Shown here: one piece after another, positions 1 to 10,997 of the stretch
Numbering within the stretch: position 1 is the first letter of the stretch
Layout of the letters: each line of letters opens with the position of its first letter
Assembly: GCA_000708835.1 (NCBI GenBank)
Contig: DF237577.1
Coordinates: 1 to 49,560, forward strand
Reading direction: 5' to 3'
DNA from: Klebsormidium nitens
Taxonomy: Eukaryota > Plantae > Klebsormidiophyceae
DNA length: 49,560 nt
The notes under the pieces: model-generated
What the model was told of the DNA's origin: nothing
Databases searched by the model: none
The model's input: only the letters and a program-made list of their open reading frames with translations
Position numbers and translations under genes: made by a program

Positions 1-63
1 ATGTGAAGTAGACAGGCAGCGTGTGACCCTGTCCAACCAACACAGATTCTCGACACTAAAAGG

Positions 64-1170
64 ATGGTGTCTACCGCTCAGGTGGTGGCAATCCTCCCGG
101 ACTTGTTGTTCGATCTTGCAGTGTCTGATCCAGAGCTCTTGATGAGAATGACACCAATATCAAGTGCCTTTCGTCAAGTTGCTCAAGAATGTTGGGATAA
201 GAGGAAGAAAGCATATGAGGACGGTTTGGAACCCAAACAACCAGGCATCAAGGTCCAACGGTTGACAGCCTCTTCAAAATCGTGCGAAGGATGCAAACGG
301 CCAACGACTGTCGTCTTCCCGTTCGACGATAGGTTCAGAGCCTGTCACGACTGCACAAAACAAGGGCTACGTAACCTCAGGCTGTCGAGCCACTCTGCCT
401 GTAAAGACGCGCTCGTTGGTGACAAAGACCTGCACTGCTGTCCAGTCCTACATACACTACACCGGGCCGACAGGACAGAGATCCGAGTGTACAAGTGGCA
501 GGACGTGCTGGCCGTCGCTCTCGACAAGCATGATGGTCCTCAGGGTCTTAATGCCGCCCTAGACGGGCGTGAATTGAAGCGCAAGAAACGGGGCCACCCA
601 AGGGAACATTGGGCAAACATTGCTGAGCATCTCATGAACGAGTCAAGTCCCCACAAGAGACACAACCGGGAGACCCTGTTTGCTGTATGCTGTGCAGGCT
701 ACGTGCGGAACGGGGCCGGTGGATAGAAGGGGTTGAAGAAACGAATCGGTCGTTTCAAAACGTTCGAGATGGTGTCTCCGCAGTGCAGTGGGGAGCTAGT
801 GCAATCTTTGGCCAACGCGAGGCGCGACTACGTGCACTCCGGTGAAGACCACTACTCAGAAGTGACAACGAAGGCGTCCGAGCTCTGCGAGAGCTTGGGC
901 GACCTTGCGGTCGTTGCACGCCGGCGAGACTTCGAACCGTTCCTGTACGGTCAGGACTCTTTGGAGTACGTACGGGGCCAGATAGTCGCACCGGCCTCTC
1001 GGACGAAGGAGCTCACTCAGGCTCTTGGTTTGCGTAGGCTGGAGCTCCGAGACGACTCACGGCTCTGCAACGATTACATAGAGTTTGGCGTCGGCGACAT
1101 CGACGAGATCGTAGATATCATGGACGAAATGCGCCTCTACTACGCCCACACGACTACCCAAACGAAGTAG
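64..1170 (+). pseudogene. Degraded gene of an algal/giant-virus family (XPA-C-like 'YKWQDV..AL.KHG' segment plus 'ELxxAL..R.LELRxDSRLCxxYI' segment)
   Basis: ORFs 64..726 and 733..1170 share a frame, separated by a single TAG (724-726). A 1-bp shift near 1150 restores HTDYPNE. Confidence 0.55.
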
Positions 1171-1344
1171 GATACACGTCTTCTCAGGAAGCAAATGGGG
1201 GGCGCCTGGACGACCCAAGGCTTCCGTTCTCGCTGAAAAGGGACGGTTAGCAAGCGGATCAACAAGCACCGGCGCCGCGTGTCATGATTCTCGGAGTGCT
1301 TTGCAGTCCGCTAGGAGTTCCAGCCACCAATTCACTTGACAGTG

Positions 1345-1614
1345 ATGGACCCGTTTGGCATGAGGGACGGTCCCACCATGTATCATCCATTCATTGTCGG
1401 CCACGATCAAACGCAGCATGCGGCCAGAACTCGCCAGCCCTGTGAGATCGAGCTCTCGGTTGCCAAACATGAAGCCGACACAAGAGTCGCAATGGTCCAC
1501 GATTTCGACTCTCACGACAAAGTCTTGCTTCACCCTTTCAAAGATAAAGTACGGTATGAAACTCACGATGTTCGAGTCCAGCAAGAAGCTAGGAAAGATG
1601 TCGCATGGTCCTAA
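1345..1614 (+). CDS. Hypothetical protein
   Basis: Open frame from ATG 1345 in a gene-dense region; no recognised domain. Confidence 0.3.
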   Translation: MDPFGMRDGPTMYHPFIVGHDQTQHAARTRQPCEIELSVAKHEADTRVAMVHDFDSHDKVLLHPFKDKVRYETHDVRVQQEARKDVAWS

Positions 1615-2038
1615 TCTTTTATACAACAGTACTCTCTTACTGCGGCGATAAGCTTCTAAACCTGAAGAACCAATACATACGCTGTACGCTTTTGTTAGCT
1701 GACGAGTATCTCCCTTTCGGACAATTTGTGACGTTCATCAAAGTTCTGAAAAGCTTAGGTCATACCATTGTGAGCACGGGCGGCTTCAAGATAGACTTCC
1801 AGACCGACACGGTTAAGATAAAGCAAAACCATGACTTCCACTACATAGATGGTGCACAGGCGAGGGGATTTCTAATCCGTGACTTGGCAAACAAAGAATA
1901 TAGAGCGAATGAGCTCCTAAAGAAGAGGGACAAGGCGGCGGCTAGGATTCAGCAAGCCTTCAAAGAGGCAAACTCGAATCCAACTACGAGATGTGCCGTT
2001 GCCGCTTGGTGAGAGAATTCGTAAAACTAAGCAGCTAA
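1605..2038 (+). pseudogene. Virus-type hypothetical protein with C-terminal AARIQQAFKEANSNP-YEMCRCRLVREF motif
   Basis: A 1-bp frameshift at ~1980 restores the IQ-like 'AA..IQ..(W/F)...DP.Y..C..RL.REF' terminal motif I recognise from giant-virus proteins; stop at 2036-2038. Confidence 0.5.
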
Positions 2039-2071
2039 GAAGCGTTCAGATATCATTCATGCTTTCACTGG

Positions 2072-2974
2072 TTGCATTATGCTTCGATGGACCTCACCGT
2101 TCTGCTATCTGGTGACGGGAGAACCCTCAAAACGATCGGTCAGTACACGGCCCTCTTACACCGCCTGCACAAGCGGACGACCGGCTCAGGGATAATGGAA
2201 CACCTGCTCTGGCTGAATGATATTGACGCAGTGAACCGTTCCCTCGAAAATTAAAAACTGGTATCTAAGAAAATCTACCTCATCACCATTCTGATTATCT
2301 TGAGAAGGGGACAGCATCACGAACTGACTGAAAAATACTATGCGCTCTTTGTTGAAGCAATGCACGAGCTGACTGCGGAGCACAAGGGCGTACATCCAGA
2401 TGAGACTGTCGTGGAGACAGAGATCACGGTGGATGACATTCTAAAGAAGAAGCGGCAGATCGGGGTTCAAGCAAGAGAGCTGCTGAGCAAGGCACCGGGT
2501 ACTTTGGCACCTGTCGCCAAACGCCTGCTCATGCAGTTCCTCATGCTAACTCTCTACACGGGGATCCAAGCCCTCCCGTCCGATCTTTCTGCGGTCGAGA
2601 TCGCGCGCCTCGGAGAAAAGATCTCAGAGATCACCACGGACTGCTTGGCCGAAGAACGTATCGAGGAATTCACATTCTATCCAAAACGGACGAGTGTTGC
2701 ATCGATGAGGAAGGCAGGGGCGAATAGAGGCAAGTTCTCCTTGCCGCCATCGATAAACAGGGTCGTCGCAGGGTCTCTGAAGGTTTTCCCCCGAGCTTAC
2801 CTCCTTTCGAATGAAGCAGGGACGTCGAAGATGCCACCCGGGAACCTGCGCCGCATCTTCTCCAGCATGTTTCTGAACGAAGGGAGCCTCATGAATTCCG
2901 AGTCCGTCAAGCAGACCCTTTGCTGCAGGCGAGAAAACTTAGAAACATGCGACCGTGCATCTGAGGTTATGTGA
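2072..2974 (+). pseudogene. Degenerate tyrosine-recombinase/integrase-like protein (NCLDV/polinton-like-virus type)
   Basis: 2072..2254 and 2300..2974 are one frame with one TAA (2252-2254). Motifs WLNDIDAV, MLTLYTGIQALPSD (cf. L.LYT..PP.R.D), FSLPPSINRVVAGSLKVFPRAYLL, NLRRIFSSMF. The catalytic R and H-x-x-R/Y are not clearly retained. Confidence 0.45.
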
Positions 2975-2983
2975 GTGACCAGG

Positions 2984-3322
2984 ATGGACGAGCCGTGCGG
3001 AACTTCGACCTTCTTCGACTTCAGCCCGCGTAAGGGGAAATGGAAGACAGCTATGCGGGAACAAATTTTGGTCAAGGGAAATGAGGTGGCCTGTCTGAGA
3101 GGACTCGTTTACGAGTTCAACGCCTTTCGGCTGGAAGGAAGGAATGGGAAGTTCTTGATAGACTACCTTCCGTTCAAAACTTTTTATAGAACGTTTATTA
3201 CCGACTCGATCCGAATCGTGGCGACAGATGGTATCACGATGAGGCAATTCCTGGAGATGCTGAAGGTGGTAGAGATTTGCGGGCACGTCATACTAGCGGT
3301 CATGACACGACAGGGGACCTGA
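2984..3322 (+). CDS. Hypothetical protein (possibly a further recombinase-like fragment)
   Basis: Open frame directly after, and in frame with, the previous gene; GKWKTA..QILV is weakly reminiscent of a recombinase core. Confidence 0.3.
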   Translation: MDEPCGTSTFFDFSPRKGKWKTAMREQILVKGNEVACLRGLVYEFNAFRLEGRNGKFLIDYLPFKTFYRTFITDSIRIVATDGITMRQFLEMLKVVEICGHVILAVMTRQGT

Positions 3323-3559
3323 AGGTGCCTGGAAGGTACCGCCACTGCGTCAGCTACGGATGAAGCGCCCAGCTCCCCCGGCACATCAACAACGACTATG
3401 CGGACTGTGACTGCTGCTGCGTACACGACTCGTGGATGGATTAGGAGACGAGTGTATTTCACGAACAAGGACATTTTTCGTTAAGATAATCTGCTGGTGC
3501 AAGGAACTGGCAACCGTGAAGACTTTTGAAAAGAGGGTATTCGAGATTAGAGAGTGATG

Positions 3560-3900
3560 ATCAGGATGTGATGATGGCGGTCGTACGCACAAAGTGGTTA
3601 GAATGACGCTTGTGTGGCGTTGAAGCGACTCCTTCCCGAACACAAAGGTGTGGAACAGCACATTAGCATGCTCCGGATAAACGAATCAGGTAAAGTCACG
3701 CCAGTAGCTGATGCAATAACTTTGATCGAGATTGCATATGTCATGCCCGGAGCACGATAAAAGGAAATCCAAAGAGCCACAGCAGACCCCGTACGGAGAC
3801 TCTTGGTTGGTAATAATCTCTGATCGACGAGATTGCATGTAAGGCATTTGGCACACAACAGCTGAGGCGTTCTTTTGGAGCCCGGCATCGACGAAACAGC
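3560..3900 (+). pseudogene. NCLDV-type DNA-binding protein remnant ('RING.G..TPVAD..TLIEI..V.PG' family)
   Basis: Plus-strand reading across stops: ALKRLLPEHKGVEQHISMLRINESGKVTPVADAITLIEIAYVMPGAR*KEIQRATADPVRRLLVGN. Not present in the ORF track because of the stops. Confidence 0.5.
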
Positions 3901-4262
3901 TGAGCGGAACCGGTGACTTCGATTCACTAGTACTGGATCAAAGGGTTCATGGAGAGATGCTTCAGCCTTGTTCGTCGACCAGCAAGAGGCTTTGAACTGA
4001 AGTGCCGAAATTGGGGGTGCAAACTACGCCTAAAGTTCTTTCTCTCGCAACTGAACAATTTCTTACAAGCAAATTTACCAGACTTTTGATATATCGTGCT
4101 CGACTGTCAAGAGGGAATAAGCTCGACCCCTTTGACTCTTGCAGAGGATTGCCTTGACGTGCTACTGCTTACAAGAGTCAACGTTCTCGGAACAGTTGCA
4201 AGTCCCGTCCAACGCCTGTATCTTACAGATGTAGGTCCTAGTGAATTATACGAGTAGGCAGT

Positions 4263-4528
4263 CTACTCACGGAGAACGACTCGATGGAAACCACACGTAG
4301 CAACCACACGGATATGGATTGGGTCAGGCATCATCACTCCGTCCCACCGCCTCTGGCCCGATCCCACCGCCCGACTTGAAATCCAGACATTCGCCATTCG
4401 CCAAAGCTGCACGCCATGTAGGGTGTTGTCTGCAACGACCAAAGTGCCCCCGCTCTCCAGGCTCTTGAACCGGCTCCAGCTGGAGGAGAAGTCCCTATCA
4501 AACTCGGACATGCCCGCCAGCTCCGACG
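4263..4528 (-). pseudogene. Displaced 3' end of the last exon of the host EsV-1-7-repeat gene at 27.8-29.9 kb
   Basis: 4476-4528 is the exact reverse complement of 29815-29867 (53 bp). The reading ELAGMSEFDRDFSSSW continues here to a stop at 4263. Confidence 0.7.
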
Positions 4529-4530
4529 GG

Positions 4531-4669
4531 ACGTTATAATTGATGGCTCCGAACGATACACAGAGAAGATGGAATTTCGAGGCCGTTGCTATAGGAGATA
4601 TCTCGACATCTCAAGTTTGAAATAGGCTTGAAAAACTGGCTTTTATCTGTGTATCTGCGCAAGGCTCAG
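4531..4669 (+). repeat. Dispersed repeat family B, near full-length copy
   Basis: Aligns over ~140 bp with the reverse complement of 18598-18737; internal 10-bp inverted repeat GATACACAGA (4555-4564) / TCTGTGTATC (4646-4655). Confidence 0.85.
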
Positions 4670-4699
4670 TCATGGCACGGACAAGCGACCTCGGTGCAG

Positions 4700-4838
4700 C
4701 TACTCTTGCACATGCCGTAGGGGCTTCAGGGGTGTGAGTTCTTTGAAAATGAGCTCGGCCTTGGTGCCTCCGAGGATGATGCGAAGCGCCCTGGCGGCCT
4801 GTTTGAGCTCCTCCGAAGCGCGGGCGACTCCGAAGACT
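4700..4838 (-). pseudogene. SAP-like DNA-binding domain remnant
   Basis: ELKQAARALRIILGGTKAELI matches the SAP pattern LK..LR...L...G.K.ELI; no start codon, truncated by repeat array A. Confidence 0.4.
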
Positions 4839-4840
4839 TC

Positions 4841-5108
4841 TGTACAATAATCTGTTATTTTTTCTTTCTTCTGTCCCGAAGAAACATATAACAGATAAGC
4901 AGTACGAGGTTTCCCCCTTTGGTACCATGTTGATAGTATGTATGTACTAAGGCCATACCAACGAAGATAACAGAATCTTATACTTGACTTTTCGGAAGAA
5001 AAATATAACAGATAAGTAGTACGAAGTTTCCCCTTTGGGACCATGTTGAGAATATGTACGTACTAAGGCCATACAACGAAGATAGCAGAATATTATACTT
5101 GACCTTTG
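4841..5108. repeat. Repeat family A array, left: short inverted arm, TGTCCC core, two ~117-bp tandem units
   Basis: Units start at 4878 and 4995 (GAAGAAA.ATATAACAGATAAG.AGTACGA.GTTTCCCC...TACTAAGGCCATAC...TATACTTGAC). 4841-4871 is an imperfect inverted copy of the unit start. Confidence 0.9.
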
Positions 5109-5206
5109 GGGTTTGGACCGGCCTGCAGGGTCGTGGGCAAAAGGGCACCTGCGTCGATGAAGGACACGTCTTCGAAACTATTCTTTCTTTGTCAAGCTTA
5201 GGATTG

Positions 5207-6372
5207 ATGTCAAAGGAGTTTGATCAGCAGCTGAAGCAGCTCGTCGAACGGTTCTACAAGCAGCATCCGGCCTCAGTGCCCCTGAAGAAGCTTCGGATGC
5301 TTGTCAAGAGTGCCTCGCGCAAGTCGCCCGGCCTCATGTTCAATCGATTCAGAGAAACCCTTCTGATCGAGGGCGTAGCCGATCAATCAGTCGCCGCGAC
5401 GCAGCCTTCTTCACGGAGCGAGAAGCACTACTGTCGCCCGTGCCTGGGTTGTTTGCACAATACCGTATGCTCGGTCAGGGAGAGGTCGAGAAGCTCTGGG
5501 CCGGTGCGGACCTCCTGGTCGAATGCACTTCGACCGATGACGTGCACTATGCCCCGGTGACCGACGAGAGTGGCTGGTCGGAGCTTCTGAGCGAGGTGCT
5601 GTCTCAGCACGTGCTCCTGCCGGCCTGCCTCAGGGAGAAGGTGAGCGGCTTCTTAGGCCTTATCGTGCAGTTTCTGGAGGGGCAGACGCACAATGAGCTC
5701 ACATCGGACTTAGACAGCCTCCTCGATGGTGTAGACCTGAGTGCGGTGCTCCCGAGTTTTTCGGGGCATCGCCCCGAAGATTCGGTGGAGCACAAGAACA
5801 CGGCTATCAACGGCGGCCTGCTCAAGGACCTCCTGCCGCATCTCAAGAGCCTTCAAACGGCGACCGAGGACCGTGCCATGGAGACGGCCCGCAATTTCCT
5901 GAGGTCCGAGTCCATGAAAGGGGTTGTGAGGGTGCTCAGAAGGGCCTTCCGATGCGTCGATTCCGGGATGCTAGTCCGTCTCCTCTCCGACGCCGTCGAA
6001 AAGCTGGACGTGGGTAGCGTCCCCGCCTTGATCGCGTCCGTTCAGGCCTTACAGGATGATCCGAACATGGTGCGGGGGGTCGCCATGCTCACACGGACCG
6101 CGAACGTGCCCGCACTGCAGGCCCTGGTACAGGACGCGGCACAGCTCGTGGATCCGAGCGTGATGCAGAAGGTGATCGGAGGGGGTACGGGTGGTAGCAA
6201 CGTGCTGTCCAACCTTCTCAGCGCCAGCGCCACGCCAGATATCGTGAGCCGTCTGCCGTCCATGATCAACCCAGACGGAAGCATAGACATAACGGCGGTG
6301 CCTGGGTTGATGCGAGGCCAGCGTAGGAAGCCTCCGAAGCCCCAGCTGACCGCATCCCGGCTGGCGAATTGA
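5207..6372 (+). pseudogene. NCLDV-type hypothetical protein (one frameshift)
   Basis: ATG 5207 (MSKEFDQQLKQLVERF). A 1-bp shift at ~5398 joins it to the 5440..6372 frame and restores VA(R)DAAFFTE; helical C-terminal region. Confidence 0.6.
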
Positions 6373-6430
6373 GGGGCGAGCCGCAGTTCCTCGAGACAAA
6401 TAATTGCAGCGCTTGTAGTACAAGGGTTTC

Positions 6431-6992
6431 ATGGCTTCTGAACCCGTTTTCTTCCAAGACCCGGGAGTCCTCTTCCGCGGCGGCAAGGCGTTCGATATCG
6501 CCCCCTTTTCGGGCGGGAGTTATGCCGCGCAGATCAATTCTTCAGCCAGATTCATTGCGTACGTGGTCACTTGCGTGCTGGCGTACGCGATCGATCCGTT
6601 CCTGCTCGGATTGGTCGTGTGTGCCGGCATATTCATGTACGTCAAGTACCAACGGGAGCCCGAGGACGTGCCGCCTGTTTTCGTGGACTCTGCGGTCTGT
6701 TTGTCAGGGCCCGACGGCGCAAAACCCCATGGGCAACTTTCTTATGAACGAGTACGAGGAGAGACCGGACAGGCCCTCCGGCTGCGACCCGGCCGACGTG
6801 CGGGACGAGATCGATGCGCAGTTTTATCAAGGGCTGTACAGAGACCAGACGGACATCTACGAGAATGCCAATGCGCAGAGGCAGTTCTATCAGACGCCCG
6901 TGACCACCGTCTGCAACGACCAGCGGGCGTTCGGAGAGTTTTGTTTCGGCGAAGTCGGGGCTCGAAAGGCGAAGGGGACGCCATTCACTTGA
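6431..6992 (+). pseudogene. Minor capsid protein P9-like (chlorovirus P9 family, N-terminal transmembrane helices)
   Basis: FFQDPGVLF...QINSSARF plus hydrophobic helices. After a frameshift at ~6700: PTAQNPMGNFLMNEY..RPDRP..C...AQRQFYQTPVTTVCNDQRAFGEFCFG, the conserved P9-family C-terminus. Confidence 0.8.
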
Positions 6993-7024
6993 ACTCCGTT
7001 CACTTCAAGGATTCGGTCACCCTT

Positions 7025-7450
7025 TCATTGCCTCGATACATTCTGTCTGAACGCGTTTGCATCATTGATGTTGCCGGGCGGATATAATTTCAAAACATAC
7101 AAAAATGCGCCATTATCCATACGGGCCACTCCCGCACCAACTTTCTTCGTACTTTTCCAGGCGATGGCTGTTCCATGTCCAGTCGCGTTGTTGAATCCAG
7201 TCGGTTGTAATCATATAGATCCATCCTCCTTTGCCCACATGTCGATAGCATTGCACATGTCGGCTTCGAAAGACCAAGTCTTCGCCAGATTCTCGCCATA
7301 CTGCCGGTCGGTCGAGTGGACGAACACCTTCCAGTTGGCCCACTCCTGCGCCGCTCTCGCGAGCTGATCATCCCATGTAACTGCTGGGGCACCATGCCGC
7401 CTGCGAAAGTCGTTGATCTTTGCTAGGACTTGTGCTTGGTTGAGCGACAT
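7025..7450 (-). pseudogene. CAP/SCP (PR-1/GAPR-1-like) domain protein, two frameshifts
   Basis: INDFRRRHGAPAVTWDDQLARAAQEWA...GENLA...AIDMWAKE / YDYNR / GFNNATGHGTAIAWKSTKKVGAGVA...YVLKLYPPGNI..AFRQNV*; stop at 7025-7027. Confidence 0.85.
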
Positions 7451-7509
7451 GCTTCCGGTAGTATTGACACAAGGTTTTGTTGAGCTCGTACGCCTACTCG
7501 CACTTGCAA

Positions 7510-8226
7510 CTAGTCACACTTGCAAGTACAGGTCTTCAATTCGTAAGAATTGTAGCAGAATTGCAGGGGGTCTTCTGTGGGGAAGGGAGCGGGAGCCGGT
7601 GAGATCATGGTTGGCTGCGGCGTGCTTGGGGGGTCGGTATCGCAGGGCACAGAAGCCGGACCAGGAGCCACCGGAACGTCGATCGGCAATACGTCAGGAG
7701 GCGGTGAGGGTACATCTGTGCGTGAAGGAGCAACTGGCTGAGGCGCAATGGGAACGGGTTCGGGGGCGGGTGCGATCTGAGGTGCCGGAGCGAGCGGGGC
7801 CGGTGCTGGTTCATCACAGGGAGCTTCTGGGGTCGGAGTCGGGGTCTGGGTCTCAGTCGGAATCGGGGTTGGCGCTTCTGTGGGTGGTGGAGTCGGCGTC
7901 TCAGTGGGAGGCGGAGGTGGGGGGTCGGTCGGAGGTGGAGGCGGACTGGGTGTTTCGGTTGGAGGGGGGCTTGGAGGTAAAGTCAAGGGCGGAGGAGGTG
8001 GTGGATCTGTCGGAGCTGGCGTGACCGTCTCTGTTGCCGTTGGAGGAGGAGGGCTATTCGATGAGACCGGAAGAACTTCCGGTGTGGGTGTTGGAGTTTG
8101 CGTCATGTTGTGGCACGTGTGATTCATGCACAGCAGCGACCTCCTTGCCAAGCTTGCAGAGGACACGGAGCATGTGACCCCGAGAAGCAAGACACAGATC
8201 AGAAACGCATTCATAGCAGTTACCAT
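7510..8226 (-). CDS. Secreted Pro/Thr-rich (extensin/mucin-like) protein with Cys-rich tail
   Basis: Signal-peptide-like MNAFLICVLLLGVTCSVSSA, then PPPPTET/PTP repeats, C-terminal CYNSYELKTCTCKCD. Intact and intronless. Confidence 0.75.
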   Translation of the reverse strand: MVTAMNAFLICVLLLGVTCSVSSASLARRSLLCMNHTCHNMTQTPTPTPEVLPVSSNSPPPPTATETVTPAPTDPPPPPPLTLPPSPPPTETPSPPPPPTDPPPPPPTETPTPPPTEAPTPIPTETQTPTPTPEAPCDEPAPAPLAPAPQIAPAPEPVPIAPQPVAPSRTDVPSPPPDVLPIDVPVAPGPASVPCDTDPPSTPQPTMISPAPAPFPTEDPLQFCYNSYELKTCTCKCD

Positions 8227-8295
8227 GGAGAATGGAAAATAATCAACGAAACCAACCGAGCCAGTCTTCTTTTTATTTACACAGTACATACGGGG

Positions 8296-8484
8296 ATGTT
8301 TGTCTGGTACTGCCTCATTGCTCTGCTGATCCTAGGCCTCCTCGTTGACTTCAAATCTGTCGAGCGCTTTACACCTTGGGCTGAGGTGAATCCAAGGCTA
8401 TATCAGAGGTACATCTCTTCTCCTGGAGTTTATTACCATTTTCGCCCAAAGTGTCGCCCCTGTTATGTCACGGGGGTAACATGA
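8296..8484 (+). CDS. Small single-TM virus-type membrane protein (62 aa)
   Basis: ATG 8296; MFVWYCLIALLILGLLV hydrophobic anchor followed by VERF, a pattern common in small NCLDV membrane proteins. Confidence 0.55.
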   Translation: MFVWYCLIALLILGLLVDFKSVERFTPWAEVNPRLYQRYISSPGVYYHFRPKCRPCYVTGVT

Positions 8485-8979
8485 AAAGGTGATAAATAGC
8501 AATAATACCAGAGTTAACTGGCTATCCCTCAGTCGCCCAGCGTCCTTGGTAGGCAGAGCCTGACCAGAGTAACTGGGTACTGAAGAATACTGTTCCTTTT
8601 TGTGGACAAGTACTAATACTCCTATGCCATGCCGTAGACCTCCAACCCAAATCCAAGCGACGCTGGTACATTGCACAGAGTGCAATCGCGCTTCAGGGAA
8701 GCTCAAAGATGGGCCTTTTGATGGAGGTCTCATACCGTATGTTGACGGGGCACGCTTAGGACAGCACTAGCCACTCTTCCAGTCGGTAACAAGTGATTCT
8801 CATAATTAGAACATACAGTACCCCCTGACAATTTTGAGGGGGATTTGAACGCACTTTCCAGGTCTTCAAGCGTTACACACCACAAGCGACACTTTCGAGG
8901 AAACTGGTAATAACGAGCAGACCTCCTGTTCGTAAACTACCTGACCATACAAGTCCTTCATCGTGCATCACCTAAGCCT

Positions 8980-9650
8980 TCATTTTTGTACCTGTACGCT
9001 CTCTGTCGTAGTCACTAGTGCTGTCCCGTAAGACTGTGTGGTCACGGAGGCTTCAAAAGTGTCGTCATACGAGCTGTGAACATAGACAGCAGGCAGCCCA
9101 TCAGGGGGATTCGCCATGCGGTTGATCATAAAGCCTAGCATCACCGCCAGCCGGTACACCTCCTCTGGCTTCTTCATGCAGCAGTCATGCTTTGCCAGCT
9201 CCTCGCGAGGTCCAGACCAAGTGCACCCCACCTTCCGTCCACAGACATCAAAGCTGTGCTCGCAGCTCACGCTGGAGCAGACGAGCTCATGAAACCATTT
9301 TGTCTCCGGCAGGTAGCTGCACACATTCACCACCCCGCTTCAGCACATAATCTGCGCTTGGAGAGCTGACACACTATGTGTGACGAGCTGCACACCTCAC
9401 GACTAGTAAGAGCTTCGCAACTTCACCACTACACTCACGTGCCTCCGACAAGCAACCCGGATTGCAAATTCACCTTCCGTTGCAGCCATCCCTCGCGCAT
9501 TTCACACCGGCGTCCTTCTTGAAGATGGGTTTGTAATCCAGCACCGAAAGCACAGTGGGGGCGGGCGGGCTTGAAAATCTGCCTGAAGGCAAGTACGATT
9601 CAAATTCGGGACCTGAGGCACTGTTGCAAGACTCCATATCGTTGGCAAAG
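8980..9650 (-). pseudogene. Degraded Cys-rich RING/TRAF-type zinc-finger protein
   Basis: VSCEHSFDVCGRKVGCTWSGPREELAKHDC resembles a TRAF/Sina zinc finger; upstream Cys/His-rich fragments are broken by stops and frameshifts. Confidence 0.4.
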
Positions 9651-10235
9651 GGTCTTCGATAACAACGATTGGGTTTTACGTTTTCGAGCCTGCTCTACTG
9701 CCTCTCAAACATTTTAGGAAACGTGGCGTCGATTGGCCGCCGATCGACCTAGGCCGCCACGACCTGCCACATCATGCCAATCCACGCACGAACACCAGGT
9801 CACGCACGTCAAACTGAAAGATCGTAGCACCTATGCGCGTACGCGCGCGTTACGGCGGTCGGTAGTTACGCGCGCGCCGGCCTCAATGTCAGTTTCGCAA
9901 ATAAGTGATTTCGGCAGCGCTCGTCGGCCTGCTCTTGCTGGCAACACGCCTCAACGTCGCTCGCATAGCACCAACCAAAGTTATAAGCCCATGATACGAA
10001 TCAACTCAAGACCGCGCCCCTCCGAATAGCTTGAGGGTTGCTGCACGATCGTCTCCTGAGCTCCGTGCCGCAGCAGGGACATGTCGCTGTGCATGTAGCC
10101 CAGGTGGTACAAGAGAGGCGTAAAAGCGGGATTGGGGCAGGTGTCCCTAGTGTTGCTTTTGTCGACGTACTCGACCAGGGTGTAAACGCAGGGGGGAAGA
10201 CATCTTAGCTTCTGAATAGGATTAACACAAACGCG

Positions 10236-10904
10236 TCAGATTGTCTCAATCGTAAAGAGTATGCCTAGATTTCTGCAAACACGCTCTACCTTCTCCAACA
10301 ACGTGGGTTTAGGGTCAGACTTGTAACTGTATACATGTATACGCATTGTCTTTTCTGGGAAAGACAATCCATATACCATGACCTGGCCTATGGCTTCCTT
10401 GAAACCCTCAACCTTCTTGACCTCAATTATATGATCAGGGGTCACTATATCTACAAAACCCGTTTCACACTTTACTTCGATCTGTGACCCGGGTATTGAA
10501 GCTGCTAAGCGATCACGCACAACTTCTTCACGGCGTTGCTTCACACCTTCCTTCTTACAATCCGCCAGACCTGTTAGATACTTCTGCCACGCTTCCGTTT
10601 GATGCCTTTTAGAATCTTCTAACTTTGATTCTAAAATGGTTCCTTGCAGATGGCGGAAGGGAAGGCGAGACACAAGCATGTAAACACCCTCTTCGTTGAT
10701 GTACCTCGTGTGCAAAGTATTGTAATCAAGCGTGGCTTCTTGCCCGAGTGATATCAGAGCCTTATATGTTGTGCAACCATGACCGTTCTTAAATATTTTA
10801 TGGATGGCAGCAGCAGGTTGCGTGTATCCAAGAAGCAGTGCAACATCATTTGCCCTGAAGTACGGTGCTTTGTCTGGTCCCACAAATAGAATGTTGAGAT
10901 CCAT
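10236..10904 (-). CDS. Bro-N domain protein with C-terminal PD-(D/E)XK-like nuclease domain
   Basis: PYFRANDVALLLGY..P..AI...YINEEGVYMLV (Bro-N); EVKCETGFVDIVTPDHIIEVKK...AIGQVMVYG...P...RIHVY (nuclease-like). Intact 222-aa ORF. Confidence 0.85.
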   Translation of the reverse strand: MDLNILFVGPDKAPYFRANDVALLLGYTQPAAAIHKIFKNGHGCTTYKALISLGQEATLDYNTLHTRYINEEGVYMLVSRLPFRHLQGTILESKLEDSKRHQTEAWQKYLTGLADCKKEGVKQRREEVVRDRLAASIPGSQIEVKCETGFVDIVTPDHIIEVKKVEGFKEAIGQVMVYGLSFPEKTMRIHVYSYKSDPKPTLLEKVERVCRNLGILFTIETI

Positions 10905-10997
10905 CTATTGACTTAAACCTCTCCTTGCCAATCCCCTAAGTGACGAGGTTTCAAACGCACCTGGACGCAAAACTTGCCCTAAGGCAGCTGCTCATCT

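Noticed and set aside
4075-4230. F*YIVLDCQEGISS resembling the ParA/MinD 'DYIIIDCP.G' motif
   Set aside because: No Walker A or other ParA motif upstream and an in-frame stop; more likely the degraded tail of the 3560-3900 pseudogene.
4263-4511. SLESGGTLVVADNTLHG resembling an O-methyltransferase motif
   Set aside because: Isolated short match in the displaced last exon of the EsV-1-7 gene; no SAM-binding motif I.
7413-8122. Plus-strand ORFs 7413..8024 and 7880..8122
   Set aside because: Antisense shadows of the Pro-rich gene.
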